A stretch of 64,000 nucleotides of DNA from an uncultured Candidatus Saccharibacteria bacterium (GCA_964403155.1 CAYOEG010000001.1:21550-85549); one strand, 5' to 3'; positions 30,417 to 40,461 are shown, counted from the stretch's first letter. A program made the numbers and translations. Notes: generated from the sequence alone by a model not told the origin.

Positions 30417-30490
30417 GGACGATTAGCTCAGCTGGTTAGAGCATCACATTGACATTGTGGAGGTCACAGGTTCGATCCCTGTATCGTCCA
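30417..30490 (+). tRNA. tRNA-Val (anticodon GAC)
   Basis: Manual fold: acceptor GGACGAT/ATCGTCC, D-arm GCTC..GAGC, anticodon stem TCACA/TGTGG with loop TTGACAT, T-arm ACAGG-TTCGATC-CCTGT, discriminator A. No CCA is encoded. Confidence 0.85.
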
Positions 30491-30494
30491 GTTT

Positions 30495-30899
30495 CTATGC
30501 AACAAATGCAAGAACTAAGAATAGTATCCCTAAAGATAGAAGAATTACTGGTAACAACCACAACGCTCCAGCTTTCTTAATAGATGCATCCTGTGGCTTT
30601 TCCTCTAAATATATCACTTCTACAGAATCTCCCACCTTAAACTTATTCTTACTTGCAAATCCATGTCTAGATTCAACTGTATACTTCTCTCCATTTTTAT
30701 CTGTAAACTCAAATACTGGCGCATATGAGTAGGATGTAGATGTAAATCCCTCAGAATCCTGAGATACAGATTCTTTCTGCCTAACTTCTGTAATCTTAGC
30801 TGTAGTGGTAATTCCGTTCTTTACTAATTTATTCGTTTTTACAAACTGAATTATTCCAAAGATTAAGAACCCTGCACCAAAGAGTAAATAGAAGATCAT
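30495..30899 (-). CDS. DUF3592-like membrane protein
   Basis: An N-terminal TM, a beta-rich middle and a C-terminal TM, which is the DUF3592 architecture. Confidence 0.45.
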   Translation of the reverse strand: MIFYLLFGAGFLIFGIIQFVKTNKLVKNGITTTAKITEVRQKESVSQDSEGFTSTSYSYAPVFEFTDKNGEKYTVESRHGFASKNKFKVGDSVEVIYLEEKPQDASIKKAGALWLLPVILLSLGILFLVLAFVA

Positions 30900-30957
30900 A
30901 ATTAAAGGAAATCAATTTAGATTTTTAATTGTACCATGAAAAAGGTAATATACAGTT

Positions 30958-31527
30958 ATGAATGTTAAATTCTCAAATTCCATATTGATTTTACCAATAC
31001 CACCTGTTTTCTTTGCACTCGCATTCTGGTGGACATCTATATCTTTCATATCAGAATCATTCATTAAGTACTTGATACTGGCAGGATTAGTTGTTGGTAT
31101 TCTGATTGATATTTTGTTGTACAAGAAATATCTTAATGCAGAATTATCTACATATGTACTCTTGCTTGCCTATATCTTCTATATGATCTGTGTATTTGGT
31201 TTCTTTATGGGTGTTCCTGTCTTTAATATTTTTGTATGTATTCCATTTGCAATATATATTTTTAAGTATCACAAGGATTATGTTAAGAAATTCACGCTAG
31301 TTTCTACAATTTCTATGTTTGTTATATGTTTTTCTTCTGCATTTATAGCTTTAAACAGTAGTTCAACATTGAATGATTTAAATGGGATGTTAGGAACGAG
31401 GGGATATATAACTAATACAGTATTGTATTTAATAATTGGGGCAGGGGGTGTTGGATTAGTTATTGCGAATTTCTTTTTAGCAAAGTATTCAGGAAGGATA
31501 TACAAGAAACTGTTTAAAAAAGGTTAA
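30958..31527 (+). CDS. hypothetical polytopic membrane protein
   Basis: About five hydrophobic helices and no known motif. Confidence 0.4.
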   Translation: MNVKFSNSILILPIPPVFFALAFWWTSISFISESFIKYLILAGLVVGILIDILLYKKYLNAELSTYVLLLAYIFYMICVFGFFMGVPVFNIFVCIPFAIYIFKYHKDYVKKFTLVSTISMFVICFSSAFIALNSSSTLNDLNGMLGTRGYITNTVLYLIIGAGGVGLVIANFFLAKYSGRIYKKLFKKG

Positions 31528-33326
31528 GCTTTTTCTACTTGAGTACGATACATCTTGGCATAGAGACCATCTTGTTTCATTAGATCTTCATGCTTACCAT
31601 CTTCTACTATTTTTCCGTTATCTATAACTATGATTCTTTTTGCTTTTCTAACTGTAGCAAATCTATGAGAGACTATTAATGTTGTTTTGTTCTTAGCATT
31701 TTCTCGGATATTATCAAAGATTTTTTCTTCTGAGAGTGCATCTACTGCGCTAGTAGGTTCGTCCAAGATTAAAAGCTTCGCATCTCTATAAAAGGCACGT
31801 GCGATTGAAAGCTTCTGCCATTGACCTCCAGATGGAACGACACCTTGTTTTACCTCACGAGAGGTGAATGTTGCATAACCCTTGGGCCATTTCTTAATGA
31901 CATCATGGATGTCTGCTCTTATAGCGGAATCCTTTATCCTATCCGCCGATTTCTTTGAGAACACATCTCCAACCATAATATTCTCACTCGCAGTAATTCC
32001 CAAATGAACAAACGCTTGAGAAAGTATACTAATGTATTTATGATAATCTCTTAGATTATATTCTTTTATATTTGTTCCATTAACTAATATTTCCCCACGA
32101 TCAACATCGTATGTTCTTAGTAGCAATTTGATCAGAGTTGTTTTGCCTGCGCCATTCTTACCAACAATAGCGATATCTTCATCTGTATCTATTTTTAGAC
32201 AAAGTTCTTTGAAAATCCATTTTTCCGTGTCTGGATATTTAAACCATACATTTCTAAACTCGATTTCCACACCGTTTGAGGTCGTAGGTATCCTTTTTTC
32301 TCCTCCTTGAATTTCATTCTTCCAGTTTTGAATAAAATAGAATTTCTCTAAAAGACTTTTATCCGCAGATATTCGTGATGCATAATTTAAGGCTCTTGAG
32401 ACGTTGCCATTAAATAAATCGTATGCCGATATTATGAAAGTCAACATACCAACAGATATTTGCCCATCTATAACGGAGTTCACTGTCAATAAAACAGCTG
32501 CTAAATAAATCAGAATGGATATTATCGAGGATATTCCTGTCCAAAAGTATCTTTTTTTGTCATTCTCCTCAAGTTTTTTAGTGAAATTTCTGTTTATCTC
32601 TTTTGCCTTCTCTAAGAGATATTTGCCATATCCAAAGACATAAACTTCCTGGTGTCTTTCAGGATTTTGTCCCATAATAGCCTCACGATATAAATAGTAT
32701 CTAATTTTATCTTCCCCCTTGTCCGCCCATATTCCCCAAACCTTCCCTCCGAATGTTTTTATTATGATTGCGGTCGGGATTGCCGCTAAGACAGCAAACA
32801 GAGCCAAAACCCAGTTAACACGAAGTATTGCGAGTAGAGAGATTATAACCGCAGGAATCATCGCCGCTAGAGAAACTGCATTGAAAACAGCTGAACCAAC
32901 AGCATTGGAATTCCAACTTATTGCATTTCTATACTCTACAAATTTCGGATCCTCATACGCCTTCGGTTCTATTTGCATATACCGTCCTGCATACAGATCA
33001 TCCTCCACATAAGGTCTCCACATCGATAACAAACCCGAGATTCTTTGCGAAAAGTTTTCAACTATTGTCCATATTAAAAAAGATGCGACCATCAAACCCA
33101 TTGTGGGGAGAACATCCACGATACTACCTTTAACATTTATTATTTGAATTACCTTATCTACAACTTTGGCAAGCAAGAAACTAGAGAGTAATGGATATAC
33201 ATATGACAATAGTTCAAAGAGGATCGTAATCCACATATGTCTTGCAAATCTCTTTTCGCTATAGTACTTTTTGTATACAAACCAAAGAAGTTTAAGGATC
33301 CCAGGGGCTTTTTGTATTTGTTCCAT
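31524..33326 (-). CDS. ABC transporter, fused permease/ATP-binding protein (exporter type)
   Basis: N-terminal 6-TM domain. Walker A GKNGAGKTT, signature LSGGQWQKLSIARAF and Walker B ILDEPTSAVD. Confidence 0.85.
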   Translation of the reverse strand: MEQIQKAPGILKLLWFVYKKYYSEKRFARHMWITILFELLSYVYPLLSSFLLAKVVDKVIQIINVKGSIVDVLPTMGLMVASFLIWTIVENFSQRISGLLSMWRPYVEDDLYAGRYMQIEPKAYEDPKFVEYRNAISWNSNAVGSAVFNAVSLAAMIPAVIISLLAILRVNWVLALFAVLAAIPTAIIIKTFGGKVWGIWADKGEDKIRYYLYREAIMGQNPERHQEVYVFGYGKYLLEKAKEINRNFTKKLEENDKKRYFWTGISSIISILIYLAAVLLTVNSVIDGQISVGMLTFIISAYDLFNGNVSRALNYASRISADKSLLEKFYFIQNWKNEIQGGEKRIPTTSNGVEIEFRNVWFKYPDTEKWIFKELCLKIDTDEDIAIVGKNGAGKTTLIKLLLRTYDVDRGEILVNGTNIKEYNLRDYHKYISILSQAFVHLGITASENIMVGDVFSKKSADRIKDSAIRADIHDVIKKWPKGYATFTSREVKQGVVPSGGQWQKLSIARAFYRDAKLLILDEPTSAVDALSEEKIFDNIRENAKNKTTLIVSHRFATVRKAKRIIVIDNGKIVEDGKHEDLMKQDGLYAKMYRTQVEKA

Positions 33327-33397
33327 GGAGTTGATTATACAACGGAAACGGCGCTATCGTATATACTTACCTTACCTAAAAACACAAAATAAAGAGA

Positions 33398-33955
33398 CTA
33401 TTCCAGCTTAACTCCAAATACCCGCAGAAGATATACGGCATCATCCTTAGAAAACTTGGCATTCTTACAGATATCTTCTCGTATATCAAAGAAATAATTA
33501 ATAGCAGTAGTAAAATCACACTCCGTAAGATCACATCTTAGGAATTGAGTATCCTTGAAATCACATTTTTCAAAAGGAACTTTCTTAGCCTTAATATATT
33601 CAAAATATGATTCTGTAAGTTTGCAATTATGGAATTCCGTTCCCAATATATCTATATCTACCAAAACAGAGTAGGACATATCGCAGTTTGTAAAAATATT
33701 TGAGAATCCAAATTGGCAATCAAACTTGCTCCATTCAATACCAATTAACTTACAGTTATTAAATTTACAATCTGCTAATTTAGAATTAATAATTTTAATA
33801 TTACTTATCAAACACCCATTAAACGTACAATTTGTAAAGATACATTCTTTAAGTTCTATACCTTCTAGATCACATTTCTCAAATACACACTCCTCATATT
33901 CACCGTTTTCTATCTTTTTTAACTCATTAAATGTTTTTTTGTAATTTTCGCTCAT
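33398..33955 (-). CDS. pentapeptide-repeat protein (Cys-rich)
   Basis: Consecutive A(D/N)LxX-like pentads (CDLEGIELKECIFTNCTFNGCLISN...). Confidence 0.6.
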   Translation of the reverse strand: MSENYKKTFNELKKIENGEYEECVFEKCDLEGIELKECIFTNCTFNGCLISNIKIINSKLADCKFNNCKLIGIEWSKFDCQFGFSNIFTNCDMSYSVLVDIDILGTEFHNCKLTESYFEYIKAKKVPFEKCDFKDTQFLRCDLTECDFTTAINYFFDIREDICKNAKFSKDDAVYLLRVFGVKLE

Positions 33956-34356
33956 ATCCTAATGTTATCAAGATTATCTACACACATCCAAGCACAAGCA
34001 TTGCCAAAACCTTTCTTTGAAACATCAAACGGTTCAACAGATCTTACATTTTCTAAGAATATGAGGATACAATAGTTTTTAGATTGATAATACTCATCAT
34101 ATTCCCGAGAAAGTAGTTGGATATCCTCCGCATATTTATCCATGATCTCCTTGAATGTGTATTTATCCAGATGATCAAATTGCAAAACTTTGGATACTAC
34201 AGCAGAAGCGGTAATTGGCTCTCCTGCATTTTTTAAGAATATTTTATCGCCTACATTAATACTATTCCATGGTTTAATCCTATTTACATACCATCTACTT
34301 TCGATGGTCTTACTACCATCTAATATCTTCGGTATTAATTTCCACCTTTTATTCAT
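33952..34356 (-). CDS. ASCH-domain protein
   Basis: The pattern (IPKILDGSKTIESR..INVGDKIFLK) looks like an ASCH domain. The ORF extends to 34380, but the MNKRWKL start is likely. Confidence 0.5.
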   Translation of the reverse strand: MNKRWKLIPKILDGSKTIESRWYVNRIKPWNSINVGDKIFLKNAGEPITASAVVSKVLQFDHLDKYTFKEIMDKYAEDIQLLSREYDEYYQSKNYCILIFLENVRSVEPFDVSKKGFGNACAWMCVDNLDNIRI

Positions 34357-35311
34357 TATCGCTACATGATCCATGAGCAATCTCCCTTAAACTATTACTA
34401 TCCTCGGCACTCATTAATTTTTGTCTTAATTCAGCAGCACTATTAAAGCCATTAACATATGCCTTAACAAATTTTTTAGTAATATTAAAGTTTTTTCTCT
34501 CACCCCAAACATTCTCGAAAAACTCACAATGTTTTACCAAAGTATTTAATCTCTCTTGTACAGAAATTTCCTCTATACCACTAAATAGCCAAGGATTAGA
34601 CATAATACCTCTTCCTACCATATATCCATCAGTACCGTATTTCTTTGAACATTCTACACCCTGAGTAGCACTCACAATATCTCCATTTCCAATCAAAAGA
34701 GTAGCGGGGGATATTTCATTTCTTAACTTCACACATTTTGCTATTTCATCCCATCTTGCAGGAATATCGTATCCTTCCTTCGCAATACGTCCATGTACAG
34801 TAAGCATATCTAAATTCTGTTTAAGTAAAAACCCAATCCAATTCTCAGTATTAACCTTCTCATATCCTATCCTTGTCTTGACACTCACAGGAATATCTCC
34901 AGCTTCACTCTTCACAGCTTCGATTATTCTTTTTGCAAGGTCTGGATCTTGAATCAATGCAGACCCACCACCAGTACTTGTAACATTTCGGACTGCACAT
35001 CCCATGTTAATATCAAATCCATCAGGTTTTAATTCTTTCAAATCCTTAACAGTTTCGGCAAAATTCTCAGGATTGTTACCCCAAAGCTGTATAACAATAG
35101 GCCTCTCTATCTCCTCAAACACCACCCTGTGGTCTACACCCTTCTTTCCAACAGAGCAATATCCGTCAACATTCATAAATTCGGTAAAAAATACATCTGG
35201 ACGACCAATCTCACATAACATCCTCCTAAATACCGAATCTGTGACATCCTCCATAGGAGCAAGCATACTCAAAACACCCTTCTTTTGTTTTAAAGACTCG
35301 AATATATTCAT
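34349..35311 (-). CDS. dus: tRNA-dihydrouridine synthase
   Basis: MLAPMEDVTDSVFRRM N-terminus, TIM-barrel Dus motifs and the catalytic Cys region (NMGCA). Confidence 0.85.
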   Translation of the reverse strand: MNIFESLKQKKGVLSMLAPMEDVTDSVFRRMLCEIGRPDVFFTEFMNVDGYCSVGKKGVDHRVVFEEIERPIVIQLWGNNPENFAETVKDLKELKPDGFDINMGCAVRNVTSTGGGSALIQDPDLAKRIIEAVKSEAGDIPVSVKTRIGYEKVNTENWIGFLLKQNLDMLTVHGRIAKEGYDIPARWDEIAKCVKLRNEISPATLLIGNGDIVSATQGVECSKKYGTDGYMVGRGIMSNPWLFSGIEEISVQERLNTLVKHCEFFENVWGERKNFNITKKFVKAYVNGFNSAAELRQKLMSAEDSNSLREIAHGSCSDNE

Positions 35312-35586
35312 ATCCGTAATTCTACCATACAGGCCAGGCTAAGGCCTGACCTGCGTTCATAACTCATTAATGCACCTTCTCTCGTGTACTACCGTCGTTT
35401 TCTACTAGATCAACCTATTGATCATCGAATATGAACAACCTTTTAAATATTCGATACGCAAAAAGGCTGTACATAAAAAGAGGTTTTGTGATTATGAACA
35501 ACCTATGAACCAAGGCCAGGCTATAGCCAGGCTTGCACAAGAAAGGGATTTACAATAGACTTAGATAACAAATAACTGCCCAGATA

Positions 35587-35988
35587 ATGGAAGTCAAAAA
35601 CAGCGTCTCGGATAACTCGGGACAACAATTACTCTCAGGCACTAAGGTCGATTCATATGCGGCTATATTTTTGTACGCTATACAAGATTTTTTAAGATGG
35701 TGGTACATAAAAATGCCAATATGGCATCTAAGACAGTTGAATCGTTTAAGCACAGTAGTGGATGATAATCTCTCGCTATCGATATTAATGAAGACATTCT
35801 TCATACCATGGCATAGGGATTACTCCTTAATGGGTTTCCTTTTTGGCGTTGTAATGCGAATATTGTATGTACCAATCGCTCTCACAATATATCTGATAAT
35901 AGTAATATCATACCTAATTATCCTCTTAATCTGGCTCATACTACCAATTGCAACTATTACATTCATAATATCTTCATTAATCAAGTAA
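35587..35988 (+). CDS. hypothetical membrane protein co-transcribed with ClpC-like ATPase
   Basis: Two or three TM helices at the C-terminus. Its stop abuts the next gene's start. Confidence 0.4.
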   Translation: MEVKNSVSDNSGQQLLSGTKVDSYAAIFLYAIQDFLRWWYIKMPIWHLRQLNRLSTVVDDNLSLSILMKTFFIPWHRDYSLMGFLFGVVMRILYVPIALTIYLIIVISYLIILLIWLILPIATITFIISSLIK

Positions 35989-35989
35989 C

Positions 35990-38713
35990 ATGGCACTAGA
36001 CTTCGAAATGCAACAAAAAACAATCTGTGGATATCACAAGAAAGATACTAATAGAGTAGGGATAATAGAAAAGAAATACCCAATCATAGAGAATGAAAAC
36101 GAAGCAACATTCTTAGTGACAAGAGATCACTTCTTCTCAATATCTACACAACAGATAGATTCTGTAATTAAAAATTTCTTTAGATACAAACGTTTCAAGG
36201 ATGTTGGAAGAATTATTGCAAATATACTCATAATACCTGGTGTCTTTGTAGCATTAGGATTCATATTCAAATATGCAAAATTACTTGAAGATCAGGCCTT
36301 TATAACCAGTATATTAGAATCTAAGTGGAGTGGAGTATTATTCGGACTCTCTATCATTGCCGTTATAATCCTCTGGTACGATTTCTATGAGGAAAAAAGC
36401 CATCCTGTACAACTACCACTAGCTAAACGTATTTCACAAAAAGAGATGGAAGAAATCAGAGCTACTGGTTTTAGATTTGGAAGATACGGACACCTAGAGG
36501 TTGTCCATTTCGCAAGTGAAGAGACGCTTGAGCTGTTATGTATTTTTACAAAAAGCAACCAATTCTCTCTCTATGAGATTTTCAAACACTTGCTATCCGA
36601 GAATTTTGAAGTACAACAATTAGTAAGAAGATCTGGGATAGAAATTGATATCACAGATTTAGAAAATAACTTCAAGATATCAGCTGAAACTCTGCCGTCA
36701 TATGGAATTACCGCATATCGCAGCCTTTTAACCTATGCCGTAGAAGAGGCACTCCTAACTGAAAGCCAAGATATACAACCTCAGCACATATTTCTTGCAA
36801 TCCTCCGAATCAACCCTTTCTTACAAAAATATCTTCAAGCAAAGAATATAACAATAGATATACTAAGAGAAATCTGTCTTTACAACAACAAACTTGTAAA
36901 AAAGAAGAGTAAAGCTCGACTGTTAGACATCAATGTTCCATATTTCAGGAAAGGTGGTATAGCAAAACTTTGGATATATGGATATACATTCATTTTAAGC
37001 CATTTCAGTAAAGATCTTACAGAAGAAGTAGCAGGCATTCAGGATGTATACGGTATAGGACACGAAGAAGAAATCGACAATCTTGTGTCAGTATTAGGGA
37101 AAATTTCAAACAAAAATGCACTTTTAATTGGAGAACCTGGAGTCGGTAAATCAAGCTTAATCCTTGGGGTAGCACAAAGAATAAATACAGGAGATGTACC
37201 AATACAGCTTAAGGGGAAAAGGGTCGTACAATTGGATATAAATGGTTTGATAGCACAAGCTTCTGGAGAAAAGAAAATTGAAGAACTGATCATTAAGTCT
37301 ATGCAAGAGCTTGAGAATGCAGGTAACACGATTCTTTATATTGATGAATTCCAAGAGTTAATTCCTGCCAAAGCTGAGGAATCAGGTCAATCCATAGCTG
37401 GCATTATGCTTCCATACATAATGAACAGTAAATTCCCAATTATTGGAACTATAAACTACGCAGACTACAAAAAATATCTTTATTCCAACGAATCTTTAAG
37501 GCAAAGCTTTACCAATATTGAAGTAAAAGAGATCTCGACTACTGATACATTAAAGATCTTAGAAACGAAAGTAGCAGAGTTAGAAAGAAATTTCTTATGC
37601 TTCATAACATTCCCTGCATTGGTCGCTTCTGTAGAATTAGCACAAAGATATATCCGAGACAGAAAGTTACCAAGTAGTGCAGTTCAGACAATAGAGGCAA
37701 CTTGTGCGTGGGCACAGTCAAACAATATACAGAAAATAACATCTGAGCATGTATCCAAGGCAATATCTATTCAAAAGAACATCAATATTACAGAGATAGA
37801 TCAAGAAGAAAGTAATAGATTAAGAAAATTAGAAGAAAATATTAAAGCAAGAGTTATTGGACAGGATGAAGCCGTTATAGCAATAACAGAGGCATTAAGG
37901 AGAGCGAGAACGGATATTAGGAATCCAGAGAAACCAATTGGATCATTTCTTTTCATTGGACCTACTGGTGTAGGTAAAACATATTTAGCAAAAATAGTAG
38001 GTGAAGAATTCTTTGGGAATAAACAGGATATCGTAAGGGTGGACATGTCTGAATATCAAGAGGTCTCCAGTATTGAGAAATTCCTTGGTACATCGACATC
38101 ATCCAACATATTAGGGCAGACACAGATAACATTGGCTGATAGAGTAAAATCTAATCCTTACACAGTAGTCCTATTTGATGAAATAGAAAAAGCACACCCA
38201 GATGTATTAAATCTCTTCCTCCAAATGTTTGATGATGGAAGACTTACGAATAATGCAGGAGAAACGATAGACTTCAACAATACAATAATTATTTGTACTA
38301 GTAATATTGGCAGTCAGATCTTACTCAATGCCCTCGAAAAAGACGCAAACCTTTGGAATGAGGCAAAAGATCGGGCATTATTAGAACTAAGACAATATCT
38401 TAGGCCAGAATTACTCAATCGTTTCGACAAGGTAATTGTATTTGCACCACACAACGTTAACAATTTAACACAGATTGCCAATCTGCTGCTTACAGAATTG
38501 GCCAAACGTATGGCAGATAAAGGCATGGCACTAAAGTGGACAGACCAGATTCCAATGTTAATAGCAAACAAAGCAAATGAACCTGGCATGGGTGCAAGAC
38601 CTATGAAACGATACATTCAGGATCACATAGAAGGAGAAATTGCCAAAGAGATATTAGAGGGTAATCTAAAATCAGGTACAGAGATAAATATCCGCGAAAG
38701 TTGGATAATCTAG
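35990..38713 (+). CDS. membrane-anchored Clp/Hsp100-family AAA+ ATPase (ClpC/ClpA-like, two AAA modules)
   Basis: Two N-terminal TM helices followed by Clp_N-like repeats. D1 has Walker A GEPGVGKSS and Walker B ILYIDEF. D2 has GPTGVGKT and VVLFDEIEKAH. There is no long M-domain and no obvious IGF/LGF loop. Confidence 0.8.
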   Translation: MALDFEMQQKTICGYHKKDTNRVGIIEKKYPIIENENEATFLVTRDHFFSISTQQIDSVIKNFFRYKRFKDVGRIIANILIIPGVFVALGFIFKYAKLLEDQAFITSILESKWSGVLFGLSIIAVIILWYDFYEEKSHPVQLPLAKRISQKEMEEIRATGFRFGRYGHLEVVHFASEETLELLCIFTKSNQFSLYEIFKHLLSENFEVQQLVRRSGIEIDITDLENNFKISAETLPSYGITAYRSLLTYAVEEALLTESQDIQPQHIFLAILRINPFLQKYLQAKNITIDILREICLYNNKLVKKKSKARLLDINVPYFRKGGIAKLWIYGYTFILSHFSKDLTEEVAGIQDVYGIGHEEEIDNLVSVLGKISNKNALLIGEPGVGKSSLILGVAQRINTGDVPIQLKGKRVVQLDINGLIAQASGEKKIEELIIKSMQELENAGNTILYIDEFQELIPAKAEESGQSIAGIMLPYIMNSKFPIIGTINYADYKKYLYSNESLRQSFTNIEVKEISTTDTLKILETKVAELERNFLCFITFPALVASVELAQRYIRDRKLPSSAVQTIEATCAWAQSNNIQKITSEHVSKAISIQKNINITEIDQEESNRLRKLEENIKARVIGQDEAVIAITEALRRARTDIRNPEKPIGSFLFIGPTGVGKTYLAKIVGEEFFGNKQDIVRVDMSEYQEVSSIEKFLGTSTSSNILGQTQITLADRVKSNPYTVVLFDEIEKAHPDVLNLFLQMFDDGRLTNNAGETIDFNNTIIICTSNIGSQILLNALEKDANLWNEAKDRALLELRQYLRPELLNRFDKVIVFAPHNVNNLTQIANLLLTELAKRMADKGMALKWTDQIPMLIANKANEPGMGARPMKRYIQDHIEGEIAKEILEGNLKSGTEINIRESWII

Positions 38714-38772
38714 TTGAAAAAGAGTAATATATCGAATATAATCCAAGATTGATAATATAAATATTTTAAGAC

Positions 38773-38955
38773 ATGGGAGCCCTTCCAAAAAGAAAAATTT
38801 CTAGAAGCAGAAGAGGTGACAGAAGAGCACATAATGCTTTGAAAGTTACAGGTATGTCCAAATGTCCAAAGTGTGGAAATGTAAAAAGAGAACATTTTGC
38901 ATGCTCATACTGTGGATATTACAAAGCTAAGAAAGAAACTAAGAAGACAGAATAG
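38773..38955 (+). CDS. rpmF: 50S ribosomal protein L32
   Basis: KRKISRSRRGDRRAH plus a C-terminal CxxC..CxxC zinc ribbon. Confidence 0.8.
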   Translation: MGALPKRKISRSRRGDRRAHNALKVTGMSKCPKCGNVKREHFACSYCGYYKAKKETKKTE

Positions 38956-38957
38956 TT

Positions 38958-39392
38958 ATGAAAAGAGCATCTGACCCAAGGCATTTAGCAAGAATAATAG
39001 CATTGCAAAGGCTTTTTGCAAATTATTTCAACCAACAAAACGCTGTAGTAGAGGAACTTCCTCTGAATGAGCTTGCAGAATTGGATGAGATAGAAGAGTT
39101 TAACCAAGATCTTCTTAACAGTATTACGGAAGGTGTTCCAACTAAGCAGGCAGAAATTGACGATTTGATTACCAAGTATGCACCACAATGGCCAATTTCT
39201 CAGATGAAGCTAGTCGATTTACAAATTCTTAGAATGGCTATTTTTGAAGGCTTCATTGGAAAGGTTACACCTCCGAAAGTTGCGATAGATGAAGCGATAG
39301 AGATTGCAAAAGACTTTGGTGGAGAAACTAGTGGGAAGTTTGTAAATGGTGTACTTGGGGCAATATATGAAGAAGCGAAGAAAAATGAATAA
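38958..39392 (+). CDS. nusB: transcription antitermination factor NusB
   Basis: ARIIALQRLF and an all-helical NusB-like sequence. Confidence 0.75.
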   Translation: MKRASDPRHLARIIALQRLFANYFNQQNAVVEELPLNELAELDEIEEFNQDLLNSITEGVPTKQAEIDDLITKYAPQWPISQMKLVDLQILRMAIFEGFIGKVTPPKVAIDEAIEIAKDFGGETSGKFVNGVLGAIYEEAKKNE

Positions 39393-40092
39393 TTACAATG
39401 AATTAGAAACAAAATTAGGCGTGAAGTTTAATGATATATCTCTTTTAGAGAAGGCATTTACGCACAGATCATATCTGAATGAACATAGAGGAGATAGTTT
39501 GGAGAATAATGAGAGATTAGAGTTTCTCGGAGATGCAGTACTTGAGTTAATAATCTCCTCCGATCTATACAGGAATTATCCTGATAAACCAGAAGGAGAA
39601 CTTACAAATATTAGAGCAGCCGTTGTTAGAACAGAGAGTCTCGCGGAGGAATCTAGAGCTTTAGGCTTTGGACAATATTTAAGAATGTCAAAAGGCGAAG
39701 AGGATTCGGGAGGAAAAGATAAAGATTATCTTTTAGCAAATACATTTGAAGCAGTACTAGGAGCAATATATCTTGATCAAGGGTTCGATACTTGCGTAAG
39801 CTACCTTGGTAAGACTCTTCTTCACAAAGTTTCAAATATAATTGAGAATAACCTTTTTATTGATCCCAAGACTCAAGCACAAGAGCTAATACAAGCACAG
39901 TTCAAAGTAACTCCACTGTATGAAGTAGTAAAGGAAGATGGTCCTGATCATGACAAGATATTTACAGTAGCATTAATAGTAAATCAGAAGGAATTGGGAC
40001 GTGGAACTGGTTCAAGTAAACAAAGAGCGGAAGAAGAAGCCGCGAGAATAGCGATAGAAACGATAAATAACAAGGAGAAATCCTTGAATTAA
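39385..40092 (+). CDS. rnc: ribonuclease III
   Basis: RNase III signature ERLEFLGDAVLEL and a C-terminal dsRBD. The MNNYNELE start overlaps the nusB stop by 8 nt. Confidence 0.9.
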   Translation: MNNYNELETKLGVKFNDISLLEKAFTHRSYLNEHRGDSLENNERLEFLGDAVLELIISSDLYRNYPDKPEGELTNIRAAVVRTESLAEESRALGFGQYLRMSKGEEDSGGKDKDYLLANTFEAVLGAIYLDQGFDTCVSYLGKTLLHKVSNIIENNLFIDPKTQAQELIQAQFKVTPLYEVVKEDGPDHDKIFTVALIVNQKELGRGTGSSKQRAEEEAARIAIETINNKEKSLN

Positions 40093-40119
40093 TGTATTTC
40101 ATCTGATAGAATGCTCGTT

Positions 40120-40419
40120 ATGCTAAAAATAAGATTAAAAAGAACAGGTAGAAGAGGGGATCCACATTACAAGATTGTGGTAATGCAGGACAACCAACCC
40201 AGAGATGGCAAAGCTATTGCAGAGATAGGTTATTACAATCCTAGAAATCATCCAACCACATTTGATATAAACAAAGAAGAGGCCGCTAAGTGGCTTAAGA
40301 ATGGAGCACAGCCTACAGATACCATTGCCCAATATTTCGTAAAGCTAGGGCTAATGAAGAGCCTCAAAAGGGGATCACATAAGCCAAATGTCGAGAAGAA
40401 GACAAAAGAAGAAAAATAG
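40120..40419 (+). CDS. rpsP: 30S ribosomal protein S16
   Basis: MLKIRLKRTGRRGDPHYKIVV N-terminus. Confidence 0.85.
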   Translation: MLKIRLKRTGRRGDPHYKIVVMQDNQPRDGKAIAEIGYYNPRNHPTTFDINKEEAAKWLKNGAQPTDTIAQYFVKLGLMKSLKRGSHKPNVEKKTKEEK

Positions 40420-40461
40420 TTGTATAATATTCAAAGTAATTTAATTATTTTGAATTCAGAA

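Noticed and set aside
30457-30732. ORF 30457-30732(+) overlapping the tRNA-Val gene
   Set aside because: It starts inside the tRNA and runs antisense to the DUF3592-like gene. It is spurious.
35312-35586. GC-rich intergenic region considered as RNase P RNA, SRP RNA or tmRNA
   Set aside because: None of the universally conserved motifs was seen (RNase P GGAAAGUCCGG.. / AGGGUGAAA, SRP domain IV GGAA..AGCAGC, tmRNA tag ORF + CCACCA-like tRNA end). It is kept only as an unexplained structured leader.
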